Assembly: GCF_001194135.2 (NCBI RefSeq)
Contig: NC_068988.1
Location: 43,982,611 to 44,038,383, forward strand
DNA from: Octopus bimaculoides
Lineage: Eukaryota
Direction: 5' to 3'
DNA length: 55,773 nucleotides
Part shown: piece after piece, positions 48,531-55,773 of the stretch
Position numbering within the stretch: the stretch's first letter is position 1
Layout: every line of letters starts with the position of its first letter
Program-made: the position numbers and the translations under genes
Notes under the pieces: model-generated
Seen by the model: only the letters and a program-made list of their open reading frames with translations
Database searches by the model: none
Told to the model about the DNA's origin: nothing

Positions 48531-49829
48531 GTGAGATGAAACCCGACTCACGGTTATTTCTTTTGTTGCTATTTCATGATCACTGTATGGGCGCGAGTTT
48601 GATGTTTCGTTAAGAAGTTTGTTTTGCATCGTAGTAAAAAACTTTATCAATATAACATAATTGTGTGTGAGTGTATGGTTAAAAAGCTCTTCTGTTTTGC
48701 CAAAGACTGAAGTATGTTATGTGTTTTAAACATAAGTCTATAATGGGTATTTTTCCCCGAACGACAGCTGCTGCCTTTGGCTTTTTGCATGCATACATAC
48801 TTTAAGTATGCTATATTGAGAAAGTGTTTACAATAGAGCTCGTTCTATTGCATAATTCAAATTCGATTTCGCTCATGCAGGCCTTTGCAAACCAATGTAT
48901 GTTTCATACTGTGTCTCTATATACTTCAGGCAAGCTGATCCGATTTTATTTCAGAAGAGACGCGTGTACGTCATACTGAGAAGCGAAATACGTATTTGTC
49001 GCTCTCACAGTTTCTTCCGGGACGATTTCGTTTCGCCTAGCTCTGAAGTATGTTTCCAACGTAATACATCTATAAAGGGATTTTTCCTGGACGAAAACTG
49101 CAGCCTAGCTTTGGCTTGATCAAACTTCTGTGAAAAATTTTGGTTGATGGCTTAGTATAGAAACGCGTAGAGAGAGTCATTCCTTTTCTTAAGCAATGTA
49201 CTTGATTTGTGGTCTACTTCAATACCGCCGCTTAGCCCCTGAGCGTCTTTAGCGGAATACACTGTTGTAAAAGTTCTCGAAAAAGGTCAGGTATTCTGAC
49301 CTTTTCACCTCTGGCTAAGTCACATAACAAAAGGAATAGAATAATATAACTAATTGCATGAGGTGGCTGTAGGACTGTCTGGTTCGGAGATAAAATAGAT
49401 GTAATAAAATTAAGTGCTCAGAACATATTTAGCACCCAGCTTCCCCCAACCTTAAAACATTCAATTAATCGCTAGATCAGTGGTTCCGATGCGACCTTTA
49501 TATTTTCCTCATCTCCAAATACAATAAACACATACGTTCGTCTTTTTACATGGTGAGAAACGTATTTCACAGACAATACTATTGGCGAACAACAGCAAAA
49601 ACTGCGCATGACATCCTGCAACCTTTTTTTAAAAAGAGAAAGTGTATATATTTATGAAGAGCTACGTGGTCTTGTTTATGAGTTTTGTTATTTACTAGGA
49701 AATGTATTTTGATGCATAGAATTGGTAATATTACTGTAATTCGTTGTGCTTTTGTTTTTATTCGCTTAAGATCAGTTGGACTTCTGCTGCTGATACAGGA
49801 CTTTGGATTCTAGCTTGAATTTCTGCCCC

Positions 49830-49921
49830 TCAAAAGTAGTATCCATATAATAGTCGACCCCATAAATTTAACCTTAAAACATGGCCTAAAAATTTCGATT
49901 TTTAAACGAGTATATACGGTA
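49830..49921. mobile_element. Terminus of a pogo/Tigger-type MITE
   Basis: Ends ...TTTTAAACGAGTATATACGGTA, the reverse complement of a TACCGTATATACTCG-type TIR. Confidence 0.45.
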
Positions 49922-50387
49922 GATATGGTTGCTACGACAGAATTGGTTTGGGAAGGACTGCTTTATATCAGTAGTTGGGGTGGGGTGATTGTGGAGGATA
50001 TGTGCTGCAAACAAGTGTTACACTATGGGAAATTCTAAGTCTCCGCGTTCTAAACAACCATATCTGCGATGACATAGGTAGCAAACTATGTCAGTCTGGA
50101 CTCTAGTAGCATAGCTAGTGAGGATGGAGGACGGCCCTCCTCGTGTGACGCATTTATTTTCGAAGTTCAAATCCCACAGACTGACCTTTCGTCTTTCCGG
50201 GATTGATAAAATAAAATACCAATAAAGTACTGTGATTGATTTACTCTATTGTTACTGTCCTCCAAATTAAAGATCTTGCGACCTCCTGAAACTGTGTCTT
50301 TAATTTCTCAATGTGTCCATTCCTTTGCTACCAAACTTAGCTGTTTATTAATTTTATTGTTAAAACTGACTTTGCTTTTCTCTGTAG

Positions 50388-50570
50388 ATTGGCAAGATGG
50401 ACGAGCTGCTTCCGAAACATGTCCAATTCACAATATTTTCTGGCGACAAAGGGTTTCAAGAAGCTCTTCATCAAATGAAGGATTCAAGAAGAATGATAAG
50501 AATAATTAATCCACACGTTCCTGGCTGGCAAGCAAGACTTCATAATATTTTGAACAGGACCATTCCTTGA
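50388..50570 (+). CDS. PIN-domain gene exon 4 (terminal)
   Basis: Acceptor gcttttctctgtag; IGKMDELLPKHVQFTIFSGDKGFQEALHQMKDSRRMIRIINPHVPGWQARLHNILNRTIP*; 183 nt. Confidence 0.9.
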   Translation: MGKMDELLPKHVQFTIFSGDKGFQEALHQMKDSRRMIRIINPHVPGWQARLHNILNRTIP

Positions 50571-52790
50571 ATCCGATGGCACAGGCCCAAGAAACTTACT
50601 ATATCGGCACCAAATACCTACGGGTTTTTTCATGATTTCTCAGCCTTCATTATTTTCATTTTCAAAAGGTTAAAAAAACAGAACCCACTCAACGGCTTCG
50701 TTCTTTATTTATTGTTTTACATGCTCATGTATTAAAAAAAACATCGATTCACACACACACAAACACACACTCACGCGTGCGCGCACATTGAGAATTTTTC
50801 TTAAAATTTACTGGTTGTGTCTGGAGGAAGGAGCAGCCTATGGTCCTTGTAACTTTTCTGAGGCCAGTGAGGTCGACACCATTAATGTTCCATTTAAGCT
50901 ATGGCTGGTCAACACTTGCAAGAAAGACAGGAGTAAGGAGAAGATTTCAGAAGACCCATGTGCTGTAGGAGTACTGGACTTAATCATTAGTGTGGGGCTG
51001 GTGGTAGGTGGATGCAAAAAGGGTAATGAGAGATGGAGAGAGAAGTGGTCTCTCTGAATGGTGGATGTGCAGGACCAGTCATTCCGAGGAACAGAGGCCA
51101 TTATAGTAATGGTAGAAAAGACAGAGCGAGGGAATACGGGTGTGAGTCAGAGACTAGTGATGAAATCTAGGATGTTGCTGAATGTCCTCCTATGCCAGCA
51201 ACGAGGACTGCGCTGGTGATATTTTATACTAAAAGTGACGCTTTGGTGAGACCTGGTGGTGACAGCTGTGAATAGTGCAGTAGCAACCACACACACACAC
51301 ACACACACACCATACATTGAATTTTCTTTAGCTGAAAAATCCTGCAAATCATTACTCTGAGTTACACATTACCGATTGTCATCGACAATAAAGCAGTTGG
51401 AAAAGTACAAAGATATTTAAAGGCAGTGGAACGAATCAATAAAGAAATAATATCTATTGTTGATTGGGTAAAGGACGCCCATAATTTTGGAAGTGAAAAG
51501 AATTCTTGGCGGAATCATACAAACGTCAAAAATTCTAAGTAAATAAACAAATATAATGTTGGAACGTCGATAGGGAAAACGGAGAAGTAAAATAATGGAA
51601 AAAGGAAGAGAGGAAAAGAAGAAAGAAAGCGAGGAAAGTGGGAAAGAAATGTGAAAATGAGAAAGAACGAGGAAAAGAATATGTCCACTAGTTAGAAACA
51701 TATCGATCACATAGTCACTTAAAAAAACAAAAAAAAACCCCAACACATGACACAAAGCGAACACACAAGACCTACTGAAATACAAAAAAACTAGCACACA
51801 GACACATGCACTGTTTCACAAAATCATTCAGATGTTACATTATAACGTTCTAAAGAACAGGGACAGAACAAAACTAATAGGTCAATATCTGGTCCAAGCG
51901 TTAGAAAGCAATGAAAGCAGCCACTGAGAAAAGTCAGATGAAAATTGGCGAAACAAGGAAAGGTCAAAAGTTCAAAACTCAAGAACAAAAATGAAATAAT
52001 AGGAAGCTTTAAAATCTAACACATTCCTAGTAGAACATGTTACATCGTCAACTGGGTAGCAACAGTTTGAAAAATAAATATTTCGAGACCTATCTGCAGA
52101 GATTTAAAAGTTTCGATTTAATTAAAAATTTAGATATGTCACTTTATAATTCAAAAACTGTTAGAACGCTTTGCATTTGATACTCCTGACAAAAGTTATA
52201 CATATTTCCTAACACATGGATAAACTTATTTACCATATTTTAAAATATATTTCGAAATACTTACTTTCGCAATCGTTCATACGATTTTTCCAACAGTTCC
52301 TTTGACATCCAAGAGTGTGGGCGTCCTTCATCCAATCAAAGAAGATTTATTTCTTGATCGATACCTCTAATAGTCTATAATTTTCTATTGTTCCATTGCT
52401 TCATGTTATGACGTTATGCTTTCCAATTATAATGTGTGGCCATTGTTGTGACTGTAGTTATATCTACTCTAGCAGCCACAATATTTTCTTGGTATCAGAC
52501 ACAGTGTATCTCTTCTCTACCAAAATGGTAATACACCGCTTCGTCTATTGTGCTATCACTGATAGCTCTGCAAGACACCGACTTTGAACCGTCTATCTTG
52601 ACTGTAATTCGAACTCCACTATAAAACGCAACTGACACTTAACTCCAACTGAGAACTTGTACAACGACTGACACACGACTCTCTCTACTGCTTGACGTCG
52701 TCTCACTTGAGAGGGGTGTACCATTTCCACTACAACATCTCCCCTTTTAGTTTTTTTTCTTTTTGGAAAGCAAATAATTTTATTTTTCTT

Positions 52791-55018
52791 TGTAGCGTAG
52801 ACTCAGATGAAATTCCGCTCTCTCATTTATTATATGTACGTCTATTCGAACGTAGCAGGTACCAACTAGCCTTTGGCCACCATTTGGATCACGTTGTGTC
52901 CACTACTCTGATTTGTTGGTATTGGCGCAATTTGTCTCTTTGGTTGCGCCAACTGACCGCGTATAATCAGTCAGAGGCTCTAAATAGGATCACGTGGGAC
53001 AGCCTGTTTACTACCCTACAGCTCCTTTTAAGAACTCAGCTTTTCCTCGTTCCGGTGTCTTTTGTTCCAGATCTGGTTGTTGCAATCATTCTGTTCTAGA
53101 GCAACTTGTAATTACACCGTTAACCGCAAGGTTTGGTTTTGAATTTGTTTATTTTATTTGCCGTGGTTTCCGGTAAGGGAAACGTTGTTGAACATTTGTG
53201 TATTAAAAAAAAAAAATGAAAAAACGCTATGAAACTGTTATCCTCTCCTAAGGGGGAAGGATTTGTGAACTTTTTGTTAATCTTCGAATAGTGCTTTCTG
53301 TGTGTTTCGAACTGTGTTCCTATGTCGGAACATTTTGAAACATTTTTTTCTTTTAAATATATATATATACATATATATATAATGTCTTCGATAGAAGACA
53401 AAAGTGTTAGAAGATTTTTGCCTCCGTTGTTGGAGGACTTGAAATTATATCCTTGAAAAAAAGGAAGACATACAATCATTCTTTGGAATGATTACGGAGG
53501 AAAACGGGGAGAGTAAAATTGCTCCCACAAATGAAGTAATAAACAAGACTAAAGAAAGGACAATTATCTATAAAACTTATGATGTTATTAACAAAATATT
53601 AGAACGATTTGAGGAAAGCACAATCGAAAAATGCCCTGGACCAGTGATGAAACAAATGAACATATGGCTCTTCTGCCATTATATCTGGGACGTAGGACAT
53701 CCCAGATAAGAAAATATATTCCACCGGAGATGGAGGTCGCGTGGATTGTGGCCACTCTCTTATTTGAGAGAGAGGAAAAGATAAACTTTATCCAGATTTC
53801 CAGAGACGCTCCACAGAATTGGGGTGGGGGACAGACTCTGGAAATTCTGGCGCCGAGAAAATTCACATCGGAGAGGAAACCGTGTTGGGAGTAAATGTGG
53901 AGAAGAGAAGACCCATGTGTTTCAAGTGTGGCAAAGAGGTACACTTGAGATGCAAGTGCTCGCCTCTACAAAAGGAAGCTGAGGAGGAAAAGACCCCCAG
54001 AAGAGGAGGGAAATAAAGAGGCGGCACCCCCGGCCAAGGAGGCTGTTACCCAGCGGGCAACCACCAAGAGTGAAAAAGAAGGAAAAGAAAAAAGGGGCCA
54101 GTAGAGGCCATAAAGACACCGTCTGAAGAAAGTATGGAGGTTCAGACGGTGTCTCGCAAAAGGTCCAAAACAACAGATGGAGTCGCCAACCAAGGCACAA
54201 GAGGCGGCTCCAGAAATAAAATTAGCGAAAAAATATGAACTTAACAAAGAAACGGAAGAAAATGGAGAAAAAAAAGAAAAGAAATATAAATTACAAGAAA
54301 TAGACAGTCTAGAAAAACAAGATACTGTTATGGAAGGGGTGATTAAGCTTTGCGGCAACCTCCTTCTTCGTCGCCACCATCATGTCCTTAACGTCGTCAA
54401 CGCCATCTCTCTACGTACACAGCTCAGCAAGCAACTCATCCAGATTCCAACAGTTCACTTTTCGTGAATCATTTCACTACAGATCAACAGCGAATATACA
54501 ACCTGCATGAACTCCTCTATCAAGTGACCCAGGCAGCAGCATCACAGCCACAACTTCACATGCGACATGTACCTGTAACCGGCTCAGCATCATAGCCACG
54601 ACTTCTTGATACAGTATTTCAACTACCGTGTACGTCTGGTTACAAACTGGTATTATCTTTCTTGTGTCTATGAACTTCTCACTTCGATGACTACAAACGT
54701 TTTCACTGTTTTCTTTTTGTAGCCATCCTTATATGTGCTTTAATACGCGCATACATCTATGCTTGCACACACACACACACACATACATTTTGTTCTCCTG
54801 ACAGCCTGTCAATTATTCTGTATACATGACGCTCAGACACACATGTTATCCACATCAATAAATATTCTCTTAATCATTCTTATGCAGTTGTGTCTTTTTC
54901 CATCTGGCATTTATTTGTTCTATTCATTTTCTCTTCATTGTAACAGCTGTATGATGTGGTACAAAAGAGCCATTCTCGTCACCACACATCGCACAGCCCT
55001 TACAGATTGGTGACCCCG
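52791..55018 (+). mobile_element. 5' LTR of the 34-kb solo-LTR family, interrupted by a LINE fragment and followed by a tRNA-Trp primer-binding site
   Basis: Starts TGTAGCG at 52791; aligns to the solo LTR over about 52791-53070 and 54345-55004; ends CCCTTACA, then TGGTGACCCCG at 55008-55018, complementary to the 3' end of eukaryotic tRNA-Trp(CCA). Confidence 0.8.
53488..54345 (+). pseudogene. Frameshifted ORF1 (gag-like, CCHC zinc knuckle) of an L1/Tx1-clade LINE, inserted in the LTR
   Basis: Three shifted frames: MITEENGES... / ALLPLYLGRRTSQIRKYIPPEMEVAWIVATL... / ...RRPMCFKCGKEVHLRCKC (C-X2-C-X4-H-X4-C) and a Lys/Glu-rich tail. Confidence 0.72.
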
Positions 55019-55773
55019 TCTAAAGAACTATCACCACGGACATTACAAATTGGTGACTCGACTTAAAACACGCATCTACGGTCATTACAACTTTATTCAC
55101 CACGCGTCCCTTTTTTAGTTTTTCTTTTTTTTTTTTGTACAACTTAATATATATATATATTTTTTTGAACCCTGTGTTCATTTTCTCCCACTTGTACGCG
55201 TGAGTTCAACCACCTGTAACGGTGTTGGTACCTGGAATGTGTCATGCAGCCATTCCATAGGTACTTCCAATCTGTTTGGTTCATTTTCTATGAATCTCTT
55301 TAATTGGTTACTGTCTTTTTTTCAGTACCTTTTTTACTTTTTATCCCATACATCAATTTTCCTATGTACTTTGTAATTGTAATTTCGCTTTCTTACCAGC
55401 ACTGTTTTCCGTTTTTATACGACCATATCACCGATTTTGAAAACTTTTGATATGTTCTTCCTGGCACTTTTTAATTTTTTTAATTTTTACATAAACCGTC
55501 GGTGCTGCTCAGTTTGAGTGGTCGATTTTCTCAATAAAAGCTAGACTTTCCAGTCTTTCTAAATCTTTGTTGACCTGATCTATCGCCGCAAACGGTACGC
55601 TCCGTTTGGGCCTAAAAACAGGTATTGATTTTCTTTTACAGCAATCCTCACTTTTGTTAGTGCAACAGCCCCCGCCCCCCAAAGCATTTGGAAATTATTT
55701 AATTTTTTCGACTTCATTCGAGCCTTTGACCGTCCTAACTACATTTTCACAGAGAACACTTATGGAGGTATCT

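Larger units (their letters stand above)
43164..50570 (+). other. Gene span: Arg-rich N-terminus plus ZNF451-type PIN/NYN-like nuclease domain protein (4 coding exons, 819 nt, 272 aa)
   Basis: Exons 43164-43188, 43327-43837, 48431-48530 and 50388-50570 join with GT-AG and phases 1, 2, 0 into one open frame ending in TGA. Motif order matches the recalled ZNF451 C-terminal domain (DLDNW..FF...GTFIWGF...KDAADFA...GRLDEQLPK.IPFTILSGDQGF...ILNPH). Confidence 0.85.

Noticed and set aside
11217-48650. Long ORFs in the track containing X runs (e.g. 11217-11903, 45332-46360, 29829-30328, 48125-48613)
   Set aside because: Artefacts of N-gaps and (TA)n tracts lacking stop codons.
48895-49119. CpG-containing 74-aa ORF in PIN-gene intron 3
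   Set aside because: No recognisable motif, and including it would disrupt the exon 3 to exon 4 domain continuity.
50788-51290. ORFs 50788-51057 (+) and 50838-51101 (-) as genes
   Set aside because: No ATG-supported or spliced model; faint resemblance to a decayed LINE endonuclease region but too weak to call.

Overview
AT-rich, repeat-dense animal genomic DNA with eight N-gaps. The repeat families suggest an octopus or other coleoid cephalopod (inference from recalled repeat types, no search run). Two complete spliced genes can be reconstructed by hand, pointing away from each other. (1) A syntaxin-5 gene on the minus strand: 10 coding exons from 27167 to 1571, all GT-AG, phases consistent, 336 aa. 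It keeps the N-terminal RRR signal, the RDRTxEF peptide, Habc, the Qa-SNARE motif and the TM anchor. It looks diverged, lacks the internal Met that makes the short Stx5 isoform, and has a Lys in the TM tail. (2) A gene the ORF track almost entirely misses, on the plus strand: 4 coding exons from 43164 to 50570, 272 aa. It encodes a very Arg-rich N-terminal half fused to a PIN/NYN-like nuclease domain (FWDIDNW...TFVWGF...KNAADF...SGDKGF...INPH) most like the ZNF451 C-terminal PIN-like domain, with no zinc fingers. This is the most interesting element in the window. The rest is a mosaic of tRNA-headed SINEs, RTE-like tails, decayed mariner and pogo transposons, L1/Tx1, RTE and Penelope-like fragments, a solo LTR with a 4-bp TSD, a second LTR with a tRNA-Trp PBS interrupted by a LINE ORF1, a foldback element with a central telomere-repeat palindrome, and mini/microsatellites. 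Repeat boundaries are approximate; exon boundaries were counted to the base.
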